Part shown: piece by piece, positions 7,884-16,699 of the stretch | Position numbering within the stretch: position 1 is the stretch's first letter | How the letters are laid out: each line of letters opens with the position of its first letter | Source: an uncultured Bacteroidota bacterium | GTDB taxonomy: Bacteria; Bacteroidota; Bacteroidia; Bacteroidales; VadinHA17 | Reading direction: 5' to 3' | Assembly (NCBI GenBank): GCA_937864815.1 | Contig: CALMJY010000329.1 | Coordinates: 1-61,354 of the forward strand | DNA length: 61,354 bases | Position numbers and translations under genes: made by a program | The notes under the pieces: generated by a model | What the model was told of the DNA's origin: nothing | The model's database searches: none | Seen by the model: only the letters and a program-made list of their open reading frames with translations

Positions 7884-9524
7884 CTAACTTCGGGGTTGCA
7901 TGCCTGCATTAATATCTTTCTGTTTTTTCTTTACAGGAACTGCAATGAATGTATATAAAATTAGCAATATGCTTATAAACAAAGATATACGCATTATATA
8001 ATCTCCGTATTTTACATAGAAAGTTGTTCTTTCCTCCGGGATAACCTTTCCTTTTATTACTGCTTCAGAATACCAGCCGGTGTCATTACGGATTTTTCCT
8101 TTAATGTCGATAAAGCAGGAAACGCCTGTATTACCGCATCTTGCTACCGGTCTGCGTGTCTCAATGGCCCTTAATGAGGCGTATGACAGATGCTGCCTGT
8201 ATCCATCAGTATTTTTCCACCAGCCGTCATTTGTAATTATAAAAAGTGCATTTGCTCCTTTCCTTACATATTCTGTTACAAATGAGCCAAATACAGATTC
8301 ATAACATATTATTGGTGCAACTTTTGATCCGGTGATATGGTGAGTCAGAACATCCCGTTCAGTCTGAGAGCCATAGCCGGGCCTTGTTCCTCCCAGGTAA
8401 GGGAGAATTCTTCCCAGCAGTCGGCCAGGACCATTAAAAAACTGCATTTCAATACCCGGAACCAGTTTTGATTTGTGGTAATACTCAATATTTACTCCGG
8501 TATCAATCCTCATGGCGGAATTGAAATGATCGGAATAGATTCCTGAAGCATCTCTTATTACTGCGCTTCTTGTCGGAGCTTCATCTGTTGACTCATATTG
8601 CCTGCAGGTTACCATACCGGTAACAACTGACGATCCGGGAAATTTTCTTATCATTTCCTGTATCATTATGATATAGGGATCATTCTTCAGATCGTCGAGA
8701 TTTACCGGATCGTCAACTGTTGTTTCAGGAGTAATTATCCACTTTGAATTCCGGGTTGCAGAATCAGCGGCCAAAGTCAATGCCTTTTGCAACTGAGTTT
8801 TGAACGGGACCACAAACTTTTCGGTGTAAGGATCTGTATTAGGCTGGACAATAATAATCTCCTCGGGAGATTCATTACTTTCCTTAATTGAATTATATCG
8901 CCAGATGGAAAATGCCGAAGGCAGGACAATAAGCATTATCCATGCAAGTGCAAGCGAGCCTGATTTTCTGCCGGCAGAATACCTTATTATTAAATGTGTC
9001 AGGAGGTAATTGCTGAGCAGAATCCAGAGTGTGCCCCCGCCGGTACCTGTAAATTCGTACCATTGAATGAAGGCTATATCTTTTGAAAGGCCATTACCCA
9101 GATTCATCCAGGGCGATATTATACTTACATTGAGGCTTGCCAGTTCATAGGTGAGCCAAACAGAGAAAATGGCAATTATACCGGCGGAATTACCTGCTCT
9201 GAGCCGTATAATAAAGGCAAGCCATAATGAGATTGCCATAAGGAATGTCAATCCGGCAATAACCATAATGGCCCCTGCCAGGCTTGCAACACGCATCCAG
9301 CCCATAACGATTATGCTGAAAACCAGTAATCCCGGCAGCAGAAGCAGGAAATATGTATTGGGAGTGTACCTTTTCCTGTGTTCAAACAGGTGGTTTTCAA
9401 TAATAAAGAATGGTACAAATGAGACAAGAAGAACAAGTCCTGTGCACCAGCCGGTCCAGGCCAGGCCTGTCAGTATTCCTCCTGTAAGTGAAAGAAAAAC
9501 AAGAGTATATTTATTGAAATTCAT
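7884..9524 (-). CDS. lnt: Apolipoprotein N-acyltransferase
   Basis: 546 aa. N-terminal polytopic membrane domain plus a C-terminal nitrilase/CN-hydrolase domain (ICYESVF motif). Confidence 0.85.
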   Translation of the reverse strand: MNFNKYTLVFLSLTGGILTGLAWTGWCTGLVLLVSFVPFFIIENHLFEHRKRYTPNTYFLLLLPGLLVFSIIVMGWMRVASLAGAIMVIAGLTFLMAISLWLAFIIRLRAGNSAGIIAIFSVWLTYELASLNVSIISPWMNLGNGLSKDIAFIQWYEFTGTGGGTLWILLSNYLLTHLIIRYSAGRKSGSLALAWIMLIVLPSAFSIWRYNSIKESNESPEEIIIVQPNTDPYTEKFVVPFKTQLQKALTLAADSATRNSKWIITPETTVDDPVNLDDLKNDPYIIMIQEMIRKFPGSSVVTGMVTCRQYESTDEAPTRSAVIRDASGIYSDHFNSAMRIDTGVNIEYYHKSKLVPGIEMQFFNGPGRLLGRILPYLGGTRPGYGSQTERDVLTHHITGSKVAPIICYESVFGSFVTEYVRKGANALFIITNDGWWKNTDGYRQHLSYASLRAIETRRPVARCGNTGVSCFIDIKGKIRNDTGWYSEAVIKGKVIPEERTTFYVKYGDYIMRISLFISILLILYTFIAVPVKKKQKDINAGMQPRS

Positions 9525-9712
9525 GTTGCAAATGCTAAGCTAAAGCTAATTAAAACTTTGCGTCCTTTGCGTAGGTTCTTAGCGATCTTTGTGGTTAAAC
9601 GATCGGAAAAGTTAATTTTATCCGATTTTTATTGGATTATGAGCAGATTTACAATAATTTTACGGTTGCTTTTTTACTGTCCAAAAAAGCATTGAACATT
9701 CTTTTCATGGCT

Positions 9713-9738
9713 GCCCCGCTCGCAAGGCGGGGCTTTTT
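9713..9738 (+). terminator. Orphan + strand intrinsic terminator with no annotated + strand gene upstream
   Basis: gccccgc (9713-9719) / tcgcaag / gcggggc (9727-9733), followed by ttttt (9734-9738). On the - strand the stem is not followed by a T-run. Confidence 0.5.
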
Positions 9739-9744
9739 GTCGGA

Positions 9745-9797
9745 GATATTATCTAAGTCTGTTATACGAGTCTGTTGTGCCTGATGGCACAAATTAT
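9745..9797. repeat. Direct repeat copy 1 flanking the AAA-ATPase gene (3-prime side)
   Basis: tctgttgtgcctga (9771-9784) is identical to 11441-11454. The 20 nt upstream match at 14 of 20 positions without gaps. Each copy continues into a small local hairpin (tgtgcc tgat ggcaca here). Confidence 0.55.
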
Positions 9798-9817
9798 GTT
9801 GGGAAAAGAGATAACCT

Positions 9818-11161
9818 TTAATTGTTTTCGATAAACCATCTTATATATTCAGGCAGCTTTGTTGATGCATAATATGGCATATTGAGCAAAAGGTAAGGGG
9901 TCCCTCCGGGTGTTTTGCTTCTCTCAATTAAGGGCTTGTTAGCCAGCAATCTTACAGCATATTTATGTCCGGCGATTTCAACAAACTGATGTAATGATCG
10001 GAGTCTTCCTTTGGCGCCAGATTTCACTTCGATAGGGATAATATATCGGGAATGTTGAAATACCAGATCAACTTCCGCGTTACTATTGGCTTTTTCCCTT
10101 ACCCAAAATGCTGGTTTGTAAACAGGAGAATGATATTGCGATTGTAACTGCTGTATTACAAGGTGCTGAATAATATCTCCCCTGCTAAGCGAATTCATGT
10201 CCCTGATTCCTATCATTTCATGCTGGATTCCTGCTGCGAAGTTTAGTAGTCCTGTATCAAGGACCTGAAGCCTTGGCTTTCTTTTTAAGTCAGGAACAAC
10301 TGGAGGTTGAGTTCCGGTTACCGGATAGACCAGTTGAATAATTCTTGCCATGTCAAGAGCTCTCATCGCCTCACCTGCCTCCCTGGATCTATAAGAAGAA
10401 TTTCCGAAGCCGGCCAGGGTAATTCTCCCGGTTTCAAAGGGAGCTGTATCAATTATATGCCTGATGATCTTCCTTTCAGTTGAATTTGATGCATATTTTT
10501 CAACATCATCCCGATAACTCTGCCACAGGTTTGAATAGATCTTACCAAGGTTAATGACAGTTTTTTCTTCAATGTAATTTTTGATAACCTCAGGCATACC
10601 TCCAATGACTGCATAATCGTGAAACTGTTCAAGAAGTATATCATGAGCAAAATCCTTTACAGGAATTGATTCAAGTTCTCTGAGAAGATCCTCTCTTCCG
10701 GTGGCAAGAAGAAATTCTTCAAAATCAAATGGATGAAGTACAATCTGATCTACCCTTCCCACTGGAAATGAAACTACAGCCTTTAATGCAAATTCAAGCA
10801 ACGACCCGGCTGCAATTATATGAATTCCGGGATATTCTTCATGAAGATACCTGAGCATCTTAATTGCAGAGGGTGATTCCTGTATCTCATCAATGAACAG
10901 AAGAACAGGTTCTTTTGTAAAAGGTGTATGTTCCCTCAGGAAAACAGTCTCAATAATTTCCTGTGCTGAATCTTTTTTTTCGAAAATTACCCTGTCCTGA
11001 GTTTTATCCAGGTTCAATGATATAAAAAATCTGTACGTTTTTCCGAATTCATTTACCAGAGTTGTTTTTCCAACCTGTCTTGCACCTCTTATTATCAGTG
11101 GCTTACGTGAGTTTGCGTCTTTCCATGATAAAAGATATTTATATAATTTTCTATAATACAT
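9818..11161 (-). CDS. AAA+ ATPase with C-terminal DUF4143 / PD-(D/E)xK nuclease-like domain
   Basis: 447 aa. Walker A GARQVGKTT, Walker B LLFIDEIQ, and a C-terminal EVDLV...IIPIEVKSG motif typical of a restriction-endonuclease-like fold. Confidence 0.8.
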   Translation of the reverse strand: MYYRKLYKYLLSWKDANSRKPLIIRGARQVGKTTLVNEFGKTYRFFISLNLDKTQDRVIFEKKDSAQEIIETVFLREHTPFTKEPVLLFIDEIQESPSAIKMLRYLHEEYPGIHIIAAGSLLEFALKAVVSFPVGRVDQIVLHPFDFEEFLLATGREDLLRELESIPVKDFAHDILLEQFHDYAVIGGMPEVIKNYIEEKTVINLGKIYSNLWQSYRDDVEKYASNSTERKIIRHIIDTAPFETGRITLAGFGNSSYRSREAGEAMRALDMARIIQLVYPVTGTQPPVVPDLKRKPRLQVLDTGLLNFAAGIQHEMIGIRDMNSLSRGDIIQHLVIQQLQSQYHSPVYKPAFWVREKANSNAEVDLVFQHSRYIIPIEVKSGAKGRLRSLHQFVEIAGHKYAVRLLANKPLIERSKTPGGTPYLLLNMPYYASTKLPEYIRWFIENN

Positions 11162-11414
11162 ATTCTGTAATTGTAATAAATACAGTGTAAATATAAATAA
11201 AAATGTAACAAATACAATGTAAATAGTAAAAAAATATGTATCATTTACAGAGTAATATTGAGTAAATAGTCTTTAATTCTAGCTCACTCCGGTAAGTGAC
11301 TACTTTACGCTATATCTGGTAGCGGTATCCCCATAAAACATTCCAGTCCCGTAGGGATTTGAGATCGGTAGAATATTTGGATGTTTTTTGTTGCGTCCAG
11401 TATGGGACGCTAGT

Positions 11415-11470
11415 GATTATATCTGAATTTGTTCTACCAATCTGTTGTGCCTGACAGAACAGAGATTATT
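11415..11470. repeat. Direct repeat copy 2 flanking the AAA-ATPase gene (5-prime side)
   Basis: See 9745-9797. It contains tctgttgtgcctga at 11441-11454 and the local hairpin gttct...agaac. Confidence 0.55.
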
Positions 11471-11503
11471 CCTGAGATATTTGTATAACTAAAAATTTCG
11501 TTG

Positions 11504-11511
11504 TAAATTTG
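11504..11511 (+). promoter_or_regulatory. -7 promoter box (TAnnTTTG) for the TPR protein gene
   Basis: taaatttg, 53 nt upstream of the ATG at 11564. Confidence 0.35.
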
Positions 11512-11563
11512 ATAATATTCATTTTAAAGTCAGAAAGTCATTTTCATTCAACAAGTTAAACAT

Positions 11564-12865
11564 ATGAAAACTATAATCACAATAACAGCCGTTTTCCTGT
11601 TCTCTTTCATTCAGGTTATCGCCCAGAAATATAATGTTTTCAGGACAATTGACAGCCTTCTGATACAGGAAGAGTACAAAAAAGTAATTGATACATGCAC
11701 CAGGGTTCTTATGTATGACAGTCTGAATTCTATTATATATTATAAGCAGGGTATCGCATTTCAGAATGTACTTGAGGAGGACAAGGCAACAGAATGTTTC
11801 CTCAAAGCTGCAGCTATAGATACAATTAACCCGGTTTTCAGTTTCAAACTGGCAAAAAGCTATTATGCTGATGAAAAAATGAAAAAAGCTGAACCATTGT
11901 TTCTCAGGCTATGCGCTCAGGATACATTGAACTGGTTGTATTCATTTTACCTTACAAGCATTTATATGCAATCGGGCAGATATGATAATGCACTGAAAAT
12001 CTATAACAGGTTCCTGCAGAATGATTCCTCTAATTGCACCTATCTTGACAAGACAGCATTTGCATACCTGAGAAAAGATAATTTTGATGATGCCATCAAT
12101 TTGTATAATAAATCCTTATCAATTGACAGCAATAATGTCTCTGCCATAAAAAACCTCTCATATCTCTATGCTTCAACGTCAAGATGGGATACAGCTGTTG
12201 AGATTCTCGGCACAGGGATGAAATTAGATCCTTCTGACATGGACCTCTATGCACGCCGTGCACAATTGTATTATTCTAAAAATTACACCAAGAGAGCGAT
12301 GGATGATTATCTGAAAATACTTACATCAGGTGATACCACAAAACTTTATCTGAAAAGAACAGGCATCGGCTATTCTTACAATCTTCAACCGGAAAAGGCG
12401 ATCCCTTATCTGCTGCTGGCACATAAGGGTGATACAACCGATTATGAAACATGTAGTTACCTGGCTCAGTGTTATGAACGATCAGGAGATAAAAAAAATG
12501 GTGTACTATATTATAAAAAGTCTGCAAAAATACTCTTGCCACTTCATATACAGCTTGGAAGAACCTACTTTCTGTGTGCATTGGTACAACAGGATGCCGG
12601 TTTATATAAAGATGCAATTGATAACTACAATAAAGCCCTTGAAATAGACCATAATATAAATGTTCTCATGGTAATTGCAAATTTATACGATGAAGAGCTT
12701 AATGACAGCAATAATGCAATAAAGTATTACAGAACTTTTCTTGACAGGATTAAAGGATCGGAAATTGCTTTTCCTCCGGAGTATATTGAGCAGGTAAAGA
12801 AGAGACTGGATTATCTTGAAAAGGAGAAGGCAAAGACAAAGACAAAAAAGAACTTACCCTCGTAA
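11564..12865 (+). CDS. Tetratricopeptide (TPR) repeat protein, secreted
   Basis: 433 aa. Signal peptide (…VIAQ) and many 34-residue A/Y/L-patterned repeats (e.g. AIxxYNKALxIDxNN). Confidence 0.75.
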   Translation: MKTIITITAVFLFSFIQVIAQKYNVFRTIDSLLIQEEYKKVIDTCTRVLMYDSLNSIIYYKQGIAFQNVLEEDKATECFLKAAAIDTINPVFSFKLAKSYYADEKMKKAEPLFLRLCAQDTLNWLYSFYLTSIYMQSGRYDNALKIYNRFLQNDSSNCTYLDKTAFAYLRKDNFDDAINLYNKSLSIDSNNVSAIKNLSYLYASTSRWDTAVEILGTGMKLDPSDMDLYARRAQLYYSKNYTKRAMDDYLKILTSGDTTKLYLKRTGIGYSYNLQPEKAIPYLLLAHKGDTTDYETCSYLAQCYERSGDKKNGVLYYKKSAKILLPLHIQLGRTYFLCALVQQDAGLYKDAIDNYNKALEIDHNINVLMVIANLYDEELNDSNNAIKYYRTFLDRIKGSEIAFPPEYIEQVKKRLDYLEKEKAKTKTKKNLPS

Positions 12866-12869
12866 CATT

Positions 12870-13910
12870 TTAACTAAGATACCCCATCTTATCTGCAGCC
12901 CAGGTCAGGAGGAGAGCCAGAGCAAAGGCAATTACCGGTGCAATCAGCCACATCAGAAAGAATTTTCTTACCTCGGTTTTTCTGAAGATGTTCTTTGGTC
13001 CCAGTTTAGCTACTCCAATACCCAGAATCGCAGCAACATTTAGCTGAACCAGAGAAGTAGGGATACCTTTTGTAAGAGAGGCAGTCAAAAGTAAACTACC
13101 TGAAACAAAGGCAATTATGACAGCTTCAAATTTACCGAAGAGTACAATCTCCTTTCCTGTGTTCTGAAGAATCTTATTGCCGAAAAGTGAACTGCCAATA
13201 GCGAAGTTCGGAGCAATCAGAAGTGTGGAAAGTATCAGTATAAGTATAAAATTCTTATCACCGCTAATATTGAGTTCATTTGTAGTCATTGTGGCAATGG
13301 GACCTGATGCATTGGCAACATTGTTTGATCCTATTGAGAAGGCAACATATAATGACATAGCCAGAATAAGTCCATCCCATATAGGTCTGAGATTTGCATT
13401 CTGCGCCCTTGACTGGGTAAGGCCTCTTCTTCTCATGGGCCTGTAAATATATTTACCCGCCAGGTAGCTTATGAAGTATGCAACTACTGGTAAAATGAAC
13501 CATGCAGGGATTACTTCAAGAAAAACCTTGGTTGAATTAAGCTGTTGAAAATATATGGCTGGTGCAACAACAGCAAGCACTGTTGACTGGCTTGTAGATT
13601 GTGGTATGCCTGCGATATTGGCAATAAGAAGTGAGATTGATACAGAAAACAGGATAATGGATACTATGGGAAAAGTCATAAGAACGGGATCAATTATCTC
13701 CTTACCGATTGTATTAGCTGTATGTTTTCCTGCCAGTATTGCACCCAGAAATACCATAATCCCGAACAAACCCGGTATCAGATTTCTTTTTAAGACATTC
13801 GCTCCATAAGCCACGGAAAATGAAGGACCTGTTCCGCTTCCTCCCATGTTTATTGCAAGGAACATTGCTATGATAAAGGGAATTAGCAAATGATTCATTA
13901 ACGGGGCCAT
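12870..13910 (-). CDS. Inorganic phosphate transporter, PiT (PHO4) family
   Basis: 346 aa polytopic protein. It carries the duplicated PiT signature (NMGGSGTGPSFSVAYGANV and GSNNVANASGP). Confidence 0.85.
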   Translation of the reverse strand: MAPLMNHLLIPFIIAMFLAINMGGSGTGPSFSVAYGANVLKRNLIPGLFGIMVFLGAILAGKHTANTIGKEIIDPVLMTFPIVSIILFSVSISLLIANIAGIPQSTSQSTVLAVVAPAIYFQQLNSTKVFLEVIPAWFILPVVAYFISYLAGKYIYRPMRRRGLTQSRAQNANLRPIWDGLILAMSLYVAFSIGSNNVANASGPIATMTTNELNISGDKNFILILILSTLLIAPNFAIGSSLFGNKILQNTGKEIVLFGKFEAVIIAFVSGSLLLTASLTKGIPTSLVQLNVAAILGIGVAKLGPKNIFRKTEVRKFFLMWLIAPVIAFALALLLTWAADKMGYLS

Positions 13911-14240
13911 GTTGCATTATTTGTTTAATGGTGATAGATATATTCAATTGTCTAAAGTATGTACAGGAGCCATTTAACCAGTAGGTAAAATGACTTAATC
14001 AGTATATGTATATCATATGATTTTATACTCAGTCTTTAACTTTACTTTTATTTTTTGCCCCTTATTTGTACCGTTTATGATTTAGTAATATTATGCACCA
14101 GGCAATGAGTTCAGAAATATAGATAACCACTGGATGACAGGTTAAATATACTCTGTTAAAATAGGTTAAATGTCAATGTTTCAGGTCTTAGCAATTACTT
14201 TTTATTTAACTTGCACCACTTTTAAAGTGTTAGTTTAACA

Positions 14241-15449
14241 ATGGGTAGCAGGTATATTTCAATAGTGGTTCTGCTGATGATTTCAGCCTGTGGAACAAGT
14301 GAGGAACAACTTGCCCGAAGGGCTGAAAAGATACATGAGTCAATTCTGACTGTTGATACCCATTGCGATACCCCGATGGATTTCAGGGATCCTGAATTCG
14401 ATATGGGGGTACGGCATGATGACGGATGTGTTGACTTCCCAAAGATGAAAGAAGGTGGACTTCATTCCGAGTTCTTTGCTGTCTTCACCGGACAGGGTGC
14501 ACGGAATGATTCTGCCTTTAATAAAGTTCATACCGATGCCCTTTTTATTTTTAATGCCATTCATAAAAACGTAGAGAAAAATTCATCAATAGCCGAAATT
14601 GCCTTAACTGCCGATGACGCCTACAGGATCAGGGAGAACGGAAAGATCGCAGCTTTCATCGGAGTTGAAAATGGTTATCCGATAGGACTTGACCTTATGA
14701 AAGTAAAGGAATATTATGATCTCGGGGCAAGATATATAACTCTTTGTCATACACGCAATAACGATATATGTGATTCTTCGAATGATCCTGCAGGTCCTGA
14801 AAGTAACGGACTTTCGGAATTTGGCAAACAGGTGGTCAGGGAAATGAACACTCTTGGTATGATGGTTGATGTTTCACATATATCCGACAAATCCTTTTAT
14901 GATGTACTTGCAGTTTCAAAAGCTCCGGTCATTGCCTCACATTCCTCCTCGAGGGCATTATGCTGTAACCCGCGTAATTTAAGTGATGATATGCTGCTTG
15001 CATTGAAGCAAAATGGAGGTGTCATTCAGATCTGCCTACTCAGCGCATACCTGAGGACAATGGAACCAAATCCTGAAATGGAAACAAAGCTTAATGAACT
15101 CAGGGCAAAATACGGAGACTATGATACCATTTCAAGTGAAGTGCGTAAAAGCCAGATGAGGGAAGAATTCAGGGGTATCAGGAAGAAATATGAAAAACTG
15201 GCAACGGTTAGCGATATCGTTGACCATATTGATCATGTTGTCCAGGTTATAGGGATAGATTATGTTGGCATTGGAACAGACTTTGACGGTGGAGGAGGAG
15301 TGGAAGGTTGTAAAAATGCCGCAGAAGTAAAAAATATTACAATTGAATTGTTGAGACGGGGTTATTCGAAGAAAGATATTGAGAAAATATGGAGTGGCAA
15401 CATAATGAGGGTTTTAAGGCAGGTTGAAAAAACCGCTGAGAAGGCGTAA
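14241..15449 (+). CDS. Membrane dipeptidase (peptidase family M19), lipoprotein
   Basis: 402 aa. Lipobox ...ISAC, metal-ligand motifs VDTHCDTP, VDVSHIS, ASHSS and GIGTDFDGG. Confidence 0.85.
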   Translation: MGSRYISIVVLLMISACGTSEEQLARRAEKIHESILTVDTHCDTPMDFRDPEFDMGVRHDDGCVDFPKMKEGGLHSEFFAVFTGQGARNDSAFNKVHTDALFIFNAIHKNVEKNSSIAEIALTADDAYRIRENGKIAAFIGVENGYPIGLDLMKVKEYYDLGARYITLCHTRNNDICDSSNDPAGPESNGLSEFGKQVVREMNTLGMMVDVSHISDKSFYDVLAVSKAPVIASHSSSRALCCNPRNLSDDMLLALKQNGGVIQICLLSAYLRTMEPNPEMETKLNELRAKYGDYDTISSEVRKSQMREEFRGIRKKYEKLATVSDIVDHIDHVVQVIGIDYVGIGTDFDGGGGVEGCKNAAEVKNITIELLRRGYSKKDIEKIWSGNIMRVLRQVEKTAEKA

Positions 15450-15508
15450 ATGTTGCAATTCTGATGATTAAGAGTCAATAATAGAGTTAGATTCGGTTTT
15501 ACTAGTTG

Positions 15509-15541
15509 AAAGGGATGTTTTTAAAGAGCATCCCTTTTTTA
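15509..15541 (+). terminator. Rho-independent terminator after the dipeptidase gene
   Basis: aaagggatg (15509-15517) pairs with catcccttt (15529-15537), running into a T-tract. Confidence 0.65.
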
Positions 15542-15544
15542 ATA

Positions 15545-15600
15545 ACCCCCATCCTGTCCTTACCCTTTGGGGGGAAATTAAAAAGGGGGGTAAGTACTTA
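15545..15600 (+). repeat. Short variant of the GC-hairpin intergenic repeat family
   Basis: ataaccccca... opens like copy A at 34697. It contains ccctttgggggg and aaaaggggggtaagtac. An inverted relative is at 61325-61354. Confidence 0.5.
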
Positions 15601-15623
15601 ATGAGAATTCTATAATATTGAGT

Positions 15624-16697
15624 CTAGATCTTTACTCTTGAAAACTTAAGTGTACTAAGCATCCAGACGGGGAGAGACTTGTGAGGATCTCTTTTTCTGA
15701 GGTCGAGGTAAATGCCGAGCTTTTTGAGCATAGGTATTTTATGCGTCTCCACGAATTCAATCAGTGTGCCGTCAGGATCTTCAATATATGAGAAATGTCC
15801 TGCTGCTTCACCCATATCAAATACACTTCCTTCATGACTTTTTTTGCTGTCAACAGTGAAAGGAAATCCCTTTGATTCGCAGTAACTCTTAAGTTCATCC
15901 ATTCCTCTCATGTCATAACACAGATGTATGAATCCGGGATCTCCCCAGAACCGTTCATCAAATATCTTTTTGCCTGGAGTCGGAGTACTTATTAGTTCAA
16001 TTTCACTGTTACCCAGTACTTTGCTGAATGGTCCTGCAAACGGAACTGATCTTCTAAGCAGGACTCTCCTGCATCCCGACTCCCCGCCGGGAAGCCCGGA
16101 TAAATCAGAAAATATTCCGGTTTTATCATATACTACTTCATCATAACCAAGGATTTCGGAGTATAATACTCTGGATTTTTCTATATCTGTTACTCCAATA
16201 ACAGCACCATATGAGCCCCCTGTCATCTTTTTCTCATTTATAAACCAGTCGGTTGCCTCCACAATCTGAAAGAGGTTTCCGTAAAGATCTTTCATAAAGA
16301 ATGTCTTTTTCCCGGCAGGATCGGTTGTTGCAGAGGATGGAACAGCCATCCCGTTTTTCCTGAAAGAGTCAAGAGTCTTCTGGCTATCTTTTGTCTTCAT
16401 CTTGCATGCTAGTATCCCGAGATCGCCTATTCTGACGGGATCCTTCTTTGAAACAGGCTCCCTGCCCTTGTACTGCCATATTTCGAATCCTCCTCCGCTC
16501 TGGAGATTAAGTGCAAGAACAGCATGCCTGCTTCTCGGCAGTCCTCCTGTATAAGGCAACATCAACTTTGCTTCTGCATCTTCTTCAAAAACCCTGCAGT
16601 CCATTCCGAAGTACCTGTTGTACCAGTCCCATGCTTCCTTAACATTAAGTACTCCGATTCCCATCTGCTGAATACCGCTTATAACGTATCCTTTCAT
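15624..16697 (-). CDS. VOC (glyoxalase/bleomycin-resistance/dioxygenase) family protein with two domains
   Basis: 357 aa. Two tandem VOC-like beta-alpha-beta-beta-beta modules (…GIQQMGIGVLNVKEAWDWY…, …HFSYIEDPDGTLIEFVE…). Its start is 2 nt after the SDR stop. Confidence 0.7.
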   Translation of the reverse strand: MKGYVISGIQQMGIGVLNVKEAWDWYNRYFGMDCRVFEEDAEAKLMLPYTGGLPRSRHAVLALNLQSGGGFEIWQYKGREPVSKKDPVRIGDLGILACKMKTKDSQKTLDSFRKNGMAVPSSATTDPAGKKTFFMKDLYGNLFQIVEATDWFINEKKMTGGSYGAVIGVTDIEKSRVLYSEILGYDEVVYDKTGIFSDLSGLPGGESGCRRVLLRRSVPFAGPFSKVLGNSEIELISTPTPGKKIFDERFWGDPGFIHLCYDMRGMDELKSYCESKGFPFTVDSKKSHEGSVFDMGEAAGHFSYIEDPDGTLIEFVETHKIPMLKKLGIYLDLRKRDPHKSLPVWMLSTLKFSRVKI

Positions 16698-16699
16698 AA

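Noticed and set aside
9700-11475. Integron-type gene cassette (attC) interpretation of the repeats around the AAA-ATPase gene.
   Set aside because: There is no intI gene in the window. The repeats are direct copies rather than attC-like imperfect palindromes with RYYYAAC/GTTRRRY cores, and only one cassette-like unit is present.
14138-14172. Two aggttaaat words about 24 bp apart upstream of the dipeptidase gene and divergent from the PiT gene, as a possible operator.
   Set aside because: There are only two short A/T-rich copies in a 330-bp A/T-rich spacer, which is compatible with chance.
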